Source: a bacterium (GTDB lineage: Bacteria; Zhuqueibacterota; Zhuqueibacteria; Residuimicrobiales; Residuimicrobiaceae). From it: a DNA stretch of 64,000 bases. This document shows positions 20,889 through 30,185 of the stretch, one piece after another (the first letter of the stretch is position 1; every line of letters begins with the position of its first letter). The DNA is taken from contig DAIQOA010000003.1 in the NCBI GenBank assembly GCA_036788095.1, forward strand, positions 17-64,016. The letters are read 5' to 3'. Position numbers and translations under genes: made by a program. The notes under the pieces were generated by a model that ran no database searches, had not been told where the DNA came from, and saw only the letters and a list, made by a program, of their open reading frames with translations.

Positions 20889-21926
20889 TCACCACAGGTC
20901 TTCCATCCCCGGAGGAACATCCCAATGCGTCGCCCATTGAAAATGGCCCTGTCCTCCGGCCGCCGTGCTCCGGTCCACTGATAAAAGCCTCTTGTGATCG
21001 ATCTCCTCTGCCGCCAGATACTCGAACATCTCTTTGGCCTTCGGATGGCGGGCTTTGAGCGCCGCCTGGCGATAGAACTGATACGCCTTTTCCTCTGCCT
21101 GCATGGCCAGGCGGATCGCCTCCTCGCCGTCAAGATCCGGAGAAACCTGATGGCTGCCGATCTCGAGGGCGGAAACGAGGGCTGCTGGGTTCTGGCCGCC
21201 GGAGAGTTTGACGTACAGCTCGGAGAGCTGGTCGAAATGTCCCTGCTCGATGGCGCTAAAGTAGGTGAACTTGTTGCGGATTTTCTCCTGCTTCATCACC
21301 GCCGCGGCGCTGCGGTAAAACTCCATGGCGCCTTTTTCCCGGCTGATCGCCAGCTGCAGGGAGGCCAGAGGATCGAGGTCGGCGACCTCGGTGTGCAGAT
21401 GGACGCCGGCCACGGCTTCGCTGAAGGCTTTATTGAAAGCGGGCAGGTCCTCTGGTTTGCGTGAAGAGATATACGGCCCGTCCACACACACCTCTTGATC
21501 CACATAGTGGGCGCCGGCCAGTTTGACGTCGTCGCGTATGCCGACAAAGCAGGTGGTGGTCACGCCCTCGAGCAGTCCGGCGGAGATCAGCACCTGAGCG
21601 CCGTGGCAGATGGCGCCGACGGGACGGCCGGTCTGCCAAAAGGCTTTCACCAGAGCCAGCGCCGTTTCATTGATGCGGATGCGCTCCGGCGCTCCTCCTC
21701 CGGGAATGATCAGACCGTCATAGTCCGATGCGCGAATTTCATCTATGGTTTTGTCCGGCGTCAGGGTGACGCGATTGTATTTGCCGATGAGCGTCGAGCG
21801 ATCCAACCCCACCCAATCCACCTGAGCGCCGAGCTTTTGCAGAGCCTCTTTCGGCTGCGTGGCCTCTTCGTCGTGAAATTGCGGACCGATCAAAATTGCG
21901 ATACGTTTGTCTTTCAGCATATCCAT
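20889..21926 (-). CDS. DJ-1/PfpI-family domain fused to a rubrerythrin/ferritin-like diiron four-helix domain
   Basis: N-half: GAICHG nucleophile-elbow Cys typical of DJ-1/PfpI. C-half: ExxH-type ligand pairs in AISREKGAMEFY, SAIEQGHFDQL, AMQAEEKAYQFY, AAEEIDHKRLL. Confidence 0.65.
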   Translation of the reverse strand: MDMLKDKRIAILIGPQFHDEEATQPKEALQKLGAQVDWVGLDRSTLIGKYNRVTLTPDKTIDEIRASDYDGLIIPGGGAPERIRINETALALVKAFWQTGRPVGAICHGAQVLISAGLLEGVTTTCFVGIRDDVKLAGAHYVDQEVCVDGPYISSRKPEDLPAFNKAFSEAVAGVHLHTEVADLDPLASLQLAISREKGAMEFYRSAAAVMKQEKIRNKFTYFSAIEQGHFDQLSELYVKLSGGQNPAALVSALEIGSHQVSPDLDGEEAIRLAMQAEEKAYQFYRQAALKARHPKAKEMFEYLAAEEIDHKRLLSVDRSTAAGGQGHFQWATHWDVPPGMEDLW

Positions 21927-21993
21927 TCTCTGAGTTTAACGGGTTTTAGAATTCACAAGGCAGACGAACAACCACCCGTCCGCCGATGAGGGT

Positions 21994-22758
21994 TTACTTT
22001 TGATCCAGCTGGCTCAACCGATCGCGCAGACCGGCCGCCACTTCGTAGGCCTCTTCCTGCACCGCCCGGTCCATCAGCCGCTGCAGCCGTTCCCGTTCGC
22101 TGAGCGGCTTTTGCTCCCGCAGCTCATCCAGCCATTCGCGCAGCAGTTCCACCTCCACCATCTCTTTGCCCGAATGGTTGCGGTACTTTTGGTAATGTCG
22201 TTCAATGGCCCGGATGCCCTTTTCGATCAAGCGAATCGACTCCTCCACTCCACCGGTATCCATTGCCAGAGAGGCGGCGGCACGGACATACATCATCAGC
22301 ACATAGGGCCGATACTGTTCGAACGCCTTGATGATCTCATGGTTTTTTGCGTATTTGTGGACCAGATCGAACACTTTGAGATTCCGGCGGGTGTCCCTGA
22401 CGACGCGTCGATAATCCCCCAAACGCAGCAGGGCGATGTAGCGGTGATAGAATTGAATGGCCTCCTGCTGCAGTCGCAGACAGTCGACGTTCGAGAGCGA
22501 GAACGAGGCGCCGCCGTTCTGGAGCGAGGTCTTGGCGCGGTCTTCAAAGTAACTGAGGTAGGAATCATAGTGATGCGGGCGTTTGCCGTCGGGCCGGCCG
22601 TCCAGCTCCATCTGCAGCAGGCCCAGGTCAATGCGCATCTGCAGCTTTTTGCCGCCGTCCTGACCGTCAATGATGCGTACATTAACGTCATTGGCCGAGT
22701 ATTTCCAGCTTTTCAACAACCGCCCGATGTCATCGCTCATAGTATCCTCATCAAGCAA
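21994..22758 (-). CDS. hypothetical protein with C-terminal UVR (UvrB/UvrC) motif
   Basis: C-terminal QEEAYEVAAGLRDRLSQLDQ resembles the UVR domain; otherwise unrecognised. Confidence 0.45.
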   Translation of the reverse strand: MLDEDTMSDDIGRLLKSWKYSANDVNVRIIDGQDGGKKLQMRIDLGLLQMELDGRPDGKRPHHYDSYLSYFEDRAKTSLQNGGASFSLSNVDCLRLQQEAIQFYHRYIALLRLGDYRRVVRDTRRNLKVFDLVHKYAKNHEIIKAFEQYRPYVLMMYVRAAASLAMDTGGVEESIRLIEKGIRAIERHYQKYRNHSGKEMVEVELLREWLDELREQKPLSERERLQRLMDRAVQEEAYEVAAGLRDRLSQLDQK

Positions 22759-22809
22759 TGCTCACAGCCACCCACTCAGGGGATGCGCCGTTTTACTGTG
22801 CGATCTCAA

Positions 22810-23586
22810 TCAGGAAAAATAGGCGATCGCGTTGCTGAACAATGCGGCTCCGTCCGCCTGCCGATTCAGGCCGATGCGGGTCCAGGCCGGATGATGGGTC
22901 GGATCGATGTTGCGTTCCGGATGCGGCATCAGTCCCAGCACGCGGCCGGTCGGATCGCAGATGCCGGCGATATCCGCCATGGAGCCGTTGGGATTCCATG
23001 GATAGGCGGTCACGCCGCCGTCCGGGTTTACATATTGAAAGACCACCTGCCGGTTGCGCCACAGCTCTTTAAGCACCGACTCGTCGCGCACCACGAATTT
23101 TCCTTCTGCATGGGCCACGGGAAAATACACCCGCTCCTTCATGGCGCGGGTGAACACGCACGGGCTCTCATTGATCCGCAGATGAACCCAGCGGTCGTCG
23201 TATTTGCCGGAGTCGTTGTTGGTCAGGGTGACGGACTGCTCCGCGTTAAAATCCACCAGCGGCAGCAATCCCGCTTTAACCAACACCTGAAAACCGTTAC
23301 AAATTCCAATAATCAATTTGCCCTGTTGATGAAAGGCGTGCAGATGATCCGCCAGGTGAAAGCGCAATTGATTGGCCATCACCTTGCCGGCGGAGATGTC
23401 GTCGCCATAGGTGAAACCGCCGGGAATGGCCAGAATCTGATACTCCGCCAACAGCGCCGGATTTTCCAACACCCGATTGATATGCAGCAGGTCGGCGCTG
23501 CCGCCCGCCTGGTCAAAGGCAAATGCGGTTTCCAGATCGCAATTGGATCCAGCGGCACGCATAACAAGTACTCTGGGCTTCATCAA
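22810..23586 (-). CDS. purQ: phosphoribosylformylglycinamidine synthase glutaminase subunit PurQ
   Basis: 258 aa; GICNGFQ catalytic Cys, HPER-type His/Glu near C-terminus (MPHPERN). Confidence 0.9.
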   Translation of the reverse strand: MMKPRVLVMRAAGSNCDLETAFAFDQAGGSADLLHINRVLENPALLAEYQILAIPGGFTYGDDISAGKVMANQLRFHLADHLHAFHQQGKLIIGICNGFQVLVKAGLLPLVDFNAEQSVTLTNNDSGKYDDRWVHLRINESPCVFTRAMKERVYFPVAHAEGKFVVRDESVLKELWRNRQVVFQYVNPDGGVTAYPWNPNGSMADIAGICDPTGRVLGLMPHPERNIDPTHHPAWTRIGLNRQADGAALFSNAIAYFS

Positions 23587-23632
23587 ACAGACGTTCCTTT
23601 TCTTTCCTGATCTGATTCAGATGCCCTGGCGG

Positions 23633-26497
23633 CTACCAGGCTAGGGTGTTTTGCCAGGAGTTTTTCAAATTCGACAGGTTTTCCTCAATCAACCGCTCTC
23701 CCTGCACGCCGTTGATGAGCACTCGAGGAGCAGCGGTCACATGCCCCAGCAGGCCAATCGGGATCGCCTGCAGCGCTGCACAGAACGCCGCCTCATTGTC
23801 CGGCTGCACCTCGACCACCAGCCGGCTGTTGGATTCGGAGAATAAAAGCACGTCGTCGCGAACCACGTCCGCTGTGCGCGGCGCCAAGGCGAGAGAGACG
23901 GACAGACCCAGTCCACCGCTGAACGCCATCTCCGCCAGCGCCACCGCCAACCCGCCTTCCGAACAGTCATGGCAGGAGGCCACCAGCCCGGCGGCCATGG
24001 CGGCATGCAGCGCCAGGTAGAGACGGCGCGCCGATTCCGCGTCGACCCGCGGCACTTGGCTGCTGCTCACGTTCATCACTTCATAATAATGCGAGCCCCC
24101 GCATTCGGCCCTGGTCAGGCCGACCACGTAGAGCGAATTGCCCGCCTTTTTCAAATCCATGGTGACCGCCCGGCGGCAGTCCTCCATAATCGAGATCGCC
24201 GAGATCAGCAAAGTGGGCGGAATGGCGATGCTGTCGCCGGTTTCGGTTTTGTACTCATTGTTGAGACTGTCCTTGCCGGAGATGAACGGTGTGCGAAAAA
24301 CAGTCGCCACATCATAGCAGGCTTGCATGGAGCGCATCAGACTGCCCAGACGGTCGGGCTTATCGGTGCTGCCCCAGCAGAAATTATCCAGCAGCGCGGT
24401 GCGCTCCAGAGAGCCGCCCACCGCGATGACGTTGCGCACCGCTTCGTCGATGGAAGAGGCGGCCATCCAATACGGATCGATCAGACCGTACTTGGGATTC
24501 AGGCCGTTGGCCAGGATGACCGCCTTGTAAGAATCCATTCTGGGCCGCGTCACCGAGGCGTCGGACGGCCCCTGCTGATCCACGCCCACCAGCGGTTTGA
24601 CGACGCTGCCCCCCTGCACCTCATGATCGTATTGACGGATCACCCACTCCTTGCTGCAGACATTGGGCGCAGCCAGAATTTTATGCAGCACAGGCGTCAG
24701 GTCGGTCAGGCGTTCCGGTTCTCTTTCCACCATCACCGGCTTTTCATAAACCGCCTGGCGTACCACCTCAGGCATGCCGTCGTGGAGAAACGCCATATCC
24801 AGTTCACCCACCAGGGCCGAGTGATAGGTCAAACGGATTCTGTGATCGTCCGTGGTGCGGCCGATGACGGTGGCCTCTACATCCTCGCCGGCGAACAGGG
24901 CGAGGGTATCGTCGACATGCTCGGGCGGCACAAAGATCACCATGCGTTCCTGGGCTTCAGAGATCCAGATCTCCATGTAAGAGAGGCCATGATACTTGAG
25001 CGGCACTTTTTCCAGATACACCTCTGCGCCTGTGGTCTTGGCCAATTCGCCGATGGCGGAGGAGAGACCTCCGGCGCCGCAATCGGTGATGGCGCGATAA
25101 TAACCCCGGTCGCGCGCCTGCATCAACGTATCCACCAGCTTTTTTTCGACGATCGGATTGCCGATCTGCACCGCGCCGCTCCAGGTGCCTTCGCTTTCGG
25201 TGTGCAGTTCGCCCGAGGATGCGGTGGCGCCGTGAATGCCATCGCGCCCGGTGCGGCCGCCGACGACGATGATGGCGTCTCCCGGCGCCACGGTTTTCTC
25301 ACACATGTTCCTGGGCAGCAAACCCACGTTGCCGCAATAGACCAGCGGGTTGCCGAGATAACGATCGTCAAAAAACAGGGCGCCGTTGGAGGTGGGAATG
25401 CCCATGCGGTTGCCGTAATCGCGTACGCCGGCGACCACGCCCTGCATCACCCGTTTGGGATGCAGCACGCCCTTGGGCAGATCTTTCATGGCCAAATCCA
25501 CCGGGCCGAAACAAAAAATATCGGTGTTGATGATCGGCTTGGCGCCCAAGCCGGTGCCCAACGGATCGCGGATCACGCCGCCGATGCCGGTGTTGGCGCC
25601 GCCATAGGGCTCCATGGCAGAGGGATGATTATGGGTCTCTACTTTAAAACAGATATTATAGTCATCATCAAAAAGGATCACGCCGGCGTTGTCCTTGAAA
25701 ACCGACACGCACCAGGGCAGATCCAACTCTTGAGTGACCCGAAAAATGGTCTGCTTAAGCGGATTGCGAATCACCTGACCCTCAAACTCGACCAGGCCGG
25801 TAAGGGTCTTGTGGCTGCAGTGCTCAGACCAGGTTTGCGCGATCATCTCCAGCTCAATGTCCGTGGGATCGCGCTGCAGGGAGCGAAAATGGTCCTGAAT
25901 GGCGTGCATCTCCGCTGCGTTGAGAAAGAGATCGCGCTCACGACTGAGCCGCATCAACTGCTTCTCGTCCGCCTCGCGCAGGGGAATGACGATCAGTTTA
26001 AAAACCGGGTCCTCCATGGTGAAGAACAGCTTTTCACCCGGCTGCATGATGTGCTGCACCACTTTGTTGATCAGCAGCTTTTGTGCGATCAGCTCCCGGT
26101 CGCCGGCGGAAAGGGCGCCGAAAAACTCGAATCGTTTGGCGGTTTTGGCCTCGGCTACCGAGGAAATGCCCAGATCACGAATGCCTTTCAGAGCGGTCTC
26201 AGCCACCAGATCCGTCACTCCGCGGTTAAAAGTCACCTCAACGGACCAGCAGGGCCGGTTCTCCTGGGACTGAAGCAGCCCATCGATGCGGTACTGCTGC
26301 GTCACCAGATCCGCCAGCAACGATTTGGCGATCCTGGTTTTCTCCGCCTCCTGCAGGTCGCCGGAAAGATAATACACCTGATAGACCTTGACCCGGTCCA
26401 CTCCGGAAACGCCCAAATCCCTGGCGCCGGAGAGAATGCCCTTCGCTTCAGAATCCTGAAAGTCGGCCGACAGGCCCAATTCGATTCGCGTGATCAC
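23633..26497 (-). CDS. purL: phosphoribosylformylglycinamidine synthase PurL with two N-terminal PurS-like domains fused (PurS-PurS-PurL)
   Basis: 954 aa; about 160-aa N-terminal extension made of two roughly 80-aa PurS-like repeats, then canonical small-PurL AIRS-like domains; GTG start with AAGGAG RBS. Confidence 0.9.
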   Translation of the reverse strand: MITRIELGLSADFQDSEAKGILSGARDLGVSGVDRVKVYQVYYLSGDLQEAEKTRIAKSLLADLVTQQYRIDGLLQSQENRPCWSVEVTFNRGVTDLVAETALKGIRDLGISSVAEAKTAKRFEFFGALSAGDRELIAQKLLINKVVQHIMQPGEKLFFTMEDPVFKLIVIPLREADEKQLMRLSRERDLFLNAAEMHAIQDHFRSLQRDPTDIELEMIAQTWSEHCSHKTLTGLVEFEGQVIRNPLKQTIFRVTQELDLPWCVSVFKDNAGVILFDDDYNICFKVETHNHPSAMEPYGGANTGIGGVIRDPLGTGLGAKPIINTDIFCFGPVDLAMKDLPKGVLHPKRVMQGVVAGVRDYGNRMGIPTSNGALFFDDRYLGNPLVYCGNVGLLPRNMCEKTVAPGDAIIVVGGRTGRDGIHGATASSGELHTESEGTWSGAVQIGNPIVEKKLVDTLMQARDRGYYRAITDCGAGGLSSAIGELAKTTGAEVYLEKVPLKYHGLSYMEIWISEAQERMVIFVPPEHVDDTLALFAGEDVEATVIGRTTDDHRIRLTYHSALVGELDMAFLHDGMPEVVRQAVYEKPVMVEREPERLTDLTPVLHKILAAPNVCSKEWVIRQYDHEVQGGSVVKPLVGVDQQGPSDASVTRPRMDSYKAVILANGLNPKYGLIDPYWMAASSIDEAVRNVIAVGGSLERTALLDNFCWGSTDKPDRLGSLMRSMQACYDVATVFRTPFISGKDSLNNEYKTETGDSIAIPPTLLISAISIMEDCRRAVTMDLKKAGNSLYVVGLTRAECGGSHYYEVMNVSSSQVPRVDAESARRLYLALHAAMAAGLVASCHDCSEGGLAVALAEMAFSGGLGLSVSLALAPRTADVVRDDVLLFSESNSRLVVEVQPDNEAAFCAALQAIPIGLLGHVTAAPRVLINGVQGERLIEENLSNLKNSWQNTLAW

Positions 26498-26807
26498 ATT
26501 GGCTCCTTGAATGTATCAAATATAGTTTAAATATATTTGCCAGTAAATGCAAGGGAAATCATGGCAGTTGCTTCAGCCATCTCTTTACGCCACGCCATAA
26601 AAAGTGAGACTATGCCTCAGGCCTCCGCAGAAATTATGGGCGTGGCCCCAGGCGCCCATCGAGCTGGACCGCGGACGTGTCATAAAAAAAGTGCCCCATG
26701 CATTCAAAGCTTGACTTTTTCACCTCAAGGTTTTAAATTAGCCAAAAGGAAAAATCAGCCTTCATTTTCTATTACTGTTTTTATTGTAATTAAACGGAGC
26801 GCCTGCA

Positions 26808-27824
26808 TTGCAGACCAAAGAAAACACACGAACAGCTGCCTGCAAATCGGCGCGAAAATATATTTATTTTGTGAGCAGCATCATTTTCTTTTTCACCGCA
26901 GCACCGCTTTCCGCCGCCACACCCTTTGAACCGCTCTCTTTCAGCACCCATCTGCTGGATGATTACATCCACATGATCAAATTCACCAGTTTGCTCAAGA
27001 TCGAATCGCCCATGATCACCGGACCGGATTCCAGCGGTCTGGAACCCTACCTGGGCTTGGCTGAAGATCAAAACGACAGCGAAAAGAACGGTCCGATCAG
27101 CCGCATGCAAAACCTGCTGCTGAGCTGGAACAAAAACCTGCCGCTCAAGGTGTCCGGCCATTACGATAAAGCCACCTCCATGTCCGTCACCCTGTACAAG
27201 CTGGTGCACGATTGCGGATATGACGGCAGCTTTATCGATCGCGAGACCGCGCATCATCTTCTGGCCATGGAGTACAACTGGCCAATGGCTAAAAAGGAGT
27301 CCAGCCTGGTAGCCCAGGTGTTGAGCGGAGCGGTTAAATTTCTCGGCCTGCGCTACCGGCTCGGCGGAAGCGGCGTCAAGTACATCGACTGCGGTATGTT
27401 CACCCGCATGGCTATGATCAGCGCCGGCATGGCCGAAAAAGTGTTCAACCGGACCGCGGCCATGCAATACCGCTATGCCGAACAGGGCAACATGGGCCTG
27501 TTCCTCCGCCCCGCGGGCGAACCACCCCAACCAGGGGACCTGGTTTTCTTTAACTGGCGCACACGATTTCAAAAACGTCGATACAAGGGTATCACCCATG
27601 TGGGCTTTTTCCTCGGCCAGGTGGGCGACCGTCTGCTGGTGCTGGAAGCCGCTTCACGCGGTGAACGCCGTGTGACCATCAAAGACCGCAGCGATTCCAT
27701 CAGCCGCATCGCCGGCTATGCGCAGATCGTCGGCGCCCCCGCAGACGTGGATATTTTCGATTACATCAACATGGCAGCAGAGGACTTGGAAAACCTGATG
27801 GTGCCCAAGTTGGGAGGCGACTAG
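26808..27824 (+). CDS. NlpC/P60-family (C40) cell-wall peptidase
   Basis: C-terminal YRLGGSG...DCGMF...HVGFF triad context typical of NlpC/P60; hydrophobic N-terminus. Confidence 0.7.
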   Translation: MQTKENTRTAACKSARKYIYFVSSIIFFFTAAPLSAATPFEPLSFSTHLLDDYIHMIKFTSLLKIESPMITGPDSSGLEPYLGLAEDQNDSEKNGPISRMQNLLLSWNKNLPLKVSGHYDKATSMSVTLYKLVHDCGYDGSFIDRETAHHLLAMEYNWPMAKKESSLVAQVLSGAVKFLGLRYRLGGSGVKYIDCGMFTRMAMISAGMAEKVFNRTAAMQYRYAEQGNMGLFLRPAGEPPQPGDLVFFNWRTRFQKRRYKGITHVGFFLGQVGDRLLVLEAASRGERRVTIKDRSDSISRIAGYAQIVGAPADVDIFDYINMAAEDLENLMVPKLGGD

Positions 27825-27877
27825 GGGAAAAGACCATCTCCTGTGCCGCTCGGCGCGCACAGAACAGGATATGATCT

Positions 27878-27912
27878 AAAAAGCCGGATCCAACGAGGAT
27901 CCGGCTTTTTTT
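27878..27912. terminator. bidirectional intrinsic terminator between convergent genes
   Basis: AAAAA-GCCGGATCCaacgaGGATCCGGC-TTTTTTT: perfect 9-bp stem with A-tract before and T-tract after. Confidence 0.7.
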
Positions 27913-27980
27913 CGTTCAGAGCGGGATGTAAAGCGACACGACCGCGCTGCCGGCGCCCCCTGCAGCACGGGCATGCACAA

Positions 27981-29870
27981 CTATTTTACCAGCACCATTT
28001 TTCGCCTCTGCACGCTGTCGCCAAACTGCAGCACCGCCCAGTACAATCCGGTGTTCACGACTTTCCCTGATCCATCATGGCCGTCCCAGACCACTCGATG
28101 GAAGCCGGCCGTCACGCTCTGATCCAGCAAGGTGGCCACGGCTTGTCCGAGAAGGTTGATCACCGTAAGCTTGGCCCGTCCCGGCGTTGCGAAGGTAAAG
28201 ACGAGCGTTGTGCTGCTGTTGAACGGATTGGGGTAATTGGCAGCGAGATGAAATTCCATTGGCAGGCTTTTTGCCGGTTGGGAGGAGACCGAGGTCCGGC
28301 TGTTGACCGCCACAACGGCATCCAGATCAAAGTCGCCGTTCAAAGCCCCCTCCTGCCAGCGGTCGCCCATATCTGTGATCCTGACATAGCGGATCCACGG
28401 CAGTCCAACGTCCGCCAGGTCGAACTGATCAGCGCCGGAGCGCTGTGGATCAAGAGGATGGCTGGTGCTCTGCACCACATGGCAGCCGGCCAGACCTGCG
28501 TAGCTGCTGGTATCATAGGGAAATTCGATAAAGTGGCTGCCGTCCTGGCTGACCGCTACCGTGGCAGCCTCCATATACGGCTGCCCGGTCCACAGATTCA
28601 TGAACACGTTCTCAAAGATGATAAAATCAACGCCAGGTCCATCGAAGACGACGTTATCGGTGAACGCCAGAGTGATTTCGCCGGCGTGGCCCAGAGACAG
28701 AATCTCCGCCGGATCGCTGGTGGAACTGGTGCTGTTGAGCCCGCGATCCGAATCTGGCGGACCCAGCACGTTGTCGGGAAAAAAATCATAGCCTATTTTA
28801 CTCCACGGTTGGCCGGCTGAAAAGGCAACCACTTCATCAGCCCAGGGATCTGACGACTCGCTCCTTTCCACAATGGCCATGTCCTGACTGCCGTCGCCCG
28901 CGGGATAGGTGATCGCCACCCTATCCTGCTGCACATCGAACTTTTGCACCACATCCTGATCAAAGGCGCTGACGTATAGCTCGGCGTTTTTCTTATCCCA
29001 GAGCAGATGCATGGCGCCGCGGCCCACACGTAAAGGATTTTGCACGTTGTGGAGGATTTCGCCAGTGTAGATGTTCACCTTGTACAAAAAGCCGCCGGTA
29101 TGATCGCCCCAATCGCAGATATAGGCCATGCCGTTGGGCAGCACCGCCAGATCCCCGGGATAACCGCCCACCACCAGGGTATCGACCACCGCCGGGCCGG
29201 CATAGTCCGGCGGAGCATAGGGATTGATCACCGCCAATTGTCCGCTGTTTCCTCCCCAGATGCCGGAGCAAAGCACATAATAGTTCCAATCCGGCCCCTT
29301 GCGCACCACTTGCGGATTGGCCGGCACAGCCACGCTGGTGAGCAGAGAATCGCGGGCTACATCGATGAAGGCGATGGTGGATGGCTGATAGTCCGGATAG
29401 CCGCCGGTGTTGGCCACCAGGGCGGTATTCCCATCGACGAGGATCCCTTGCGGCGCCCTGCCGCAGGGGATGAATTTGGCGACGCGATTCTCTTTAATCT
29501 CCACAACCGCCACAGCATCCAGAAGCAGCAGGGTCACATAGAGCCGATTGCCGCCCACCAGCGCCATGCCATAGGGATTAGAGCCCTCCGGCAGCGCGAT
29601 GTGCTTTTCCACCTGCAGCGAGCTCGCGTCGATGATCATGATCTCCGGCGGCACGCTGTTCAACACCAGAACTTTATCGCGATAGGCGAGGATCTGATTG
29701 GGAATTTGCCCCAGAGTCACCACGTCGTTCTGAACCGCGCCGGTCTCCAGGTTCACGGTGGACAGCGTGCGCGCCAGATTGTTTTCAACAAACAACGTGC
29801 GCGGCATGTCGCCGGCAAAAGCAAAACGAACAATCCCCCAACACACCAACAACCACATTTTTTTCATCAA
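27981..29870 (-). CDS. YVTN-type beta-propeller repeat protein with T9SS C-terminal sorting domain
   Basis: Signal peptide; repeated propeller blades; C-terminal about 80 aa (LAANYPNPFNSSTTLVFTF...GLYWAVLQFGDSVQRRKMVLVK) matches the type-A Por secretion tail. Confidence 0.7.
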   Translation of the reverse strand: MMKKMWLLVCWGIVRFAFAGDMPRTLFVENNLARTLSTVNLETGAVQNDVVTLGQIPNQILAYRDKVLVLNSVPPEIMIIDASSLQVEKHIALPEGSNPYGMALVGGNRLYVTLLLLDAVAVVEIKENRVAKFIPCGRAPQGILVDGNTALVANTGGYPDYQPSTIAFIDVARDSLLTSVAVPANPQVVRKGPDWNYYVLCSGIWGGNSGQLAVINPYAPPDYAGPAVVDTLVVGGYPGDLAVLPNGMAYICDWGDHTGGFLYKVNIYTGEILHNVQNPLRVGRGAMHLLWDKKNAELYVSAFDQDVVQKFDVQQDRVAITYPAGDGSQDMAIVERSESSDPWADEVVAFSAGQPWSKIGYDFFPDNVLGPPDSDRGLNSTSSTSDPAEILSLGHAGEITLAFTDNVVFDGPGVDFIIFENVFMNLWTGQPYMEAATVAVSQDGSHFIEFPYDTSSYAGLAGCHVVQSTSHPLDPQRSGADQFDLADVGLPWIRYVRITDMGDRWQEGALNGDFDLDAVVAVNSRTSVSSQPAKSLPMEFHLAANYPNPFNSSTTLVFTFATPGRAKLTVINLLGQAVATLLDQSVTAGFHRVVWDGHDGSGKVVNTGLYWAVLQFGDSVQRRKMVLVK

Positions 29871-30185
29871 AGCATCCTCGGATTCTCATCCATAATGTCG
29901 AAATTAATTAACTCTTTTCGGCAGTAACGTCTTGTGCTCATCCGATGTAAAGGCAGCTGATGAACCGCCAAGGTTGTCAAAAACGCCGAGACATACAATT
30001 CAAAAGTTATTTCATCCCCTCTGCGTTGTTTAGCGCTTTCCCCGCGGCTGAAGAAGGTACGCAGGTCTCAGATGATCCCTATTTAAAAGTCCGCCAATAG
30101 CTTACATCTTGCGTTTTGCAGTTTGGCTTTGCGCTAAACTCGATTTCATGCCTTCCATCGCCCAGACGAAAACTCGCTTATACGG

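Noticed and set aside
20876-21133. N-terminal 86-aa extension of ORF 19559..21133
   Set aside because: The extension is Arg-rich (MTARRRSAWPCRQRKRRISS...) and overlaps the DJ-1/ferritin gene in another frame. A proper signal-peptide start (MKKALILL) with an RBS sits at 20875.
26537-26929. 130-aa plus-strand ORF in the purL / nlpC divergent intergenic region
   Set aside because: There is no RBS, the composition is low-complexity, and it overlaps the better-supported NlpC/P60 start. The region is AT-rich promoter DNA for two divergent genes.
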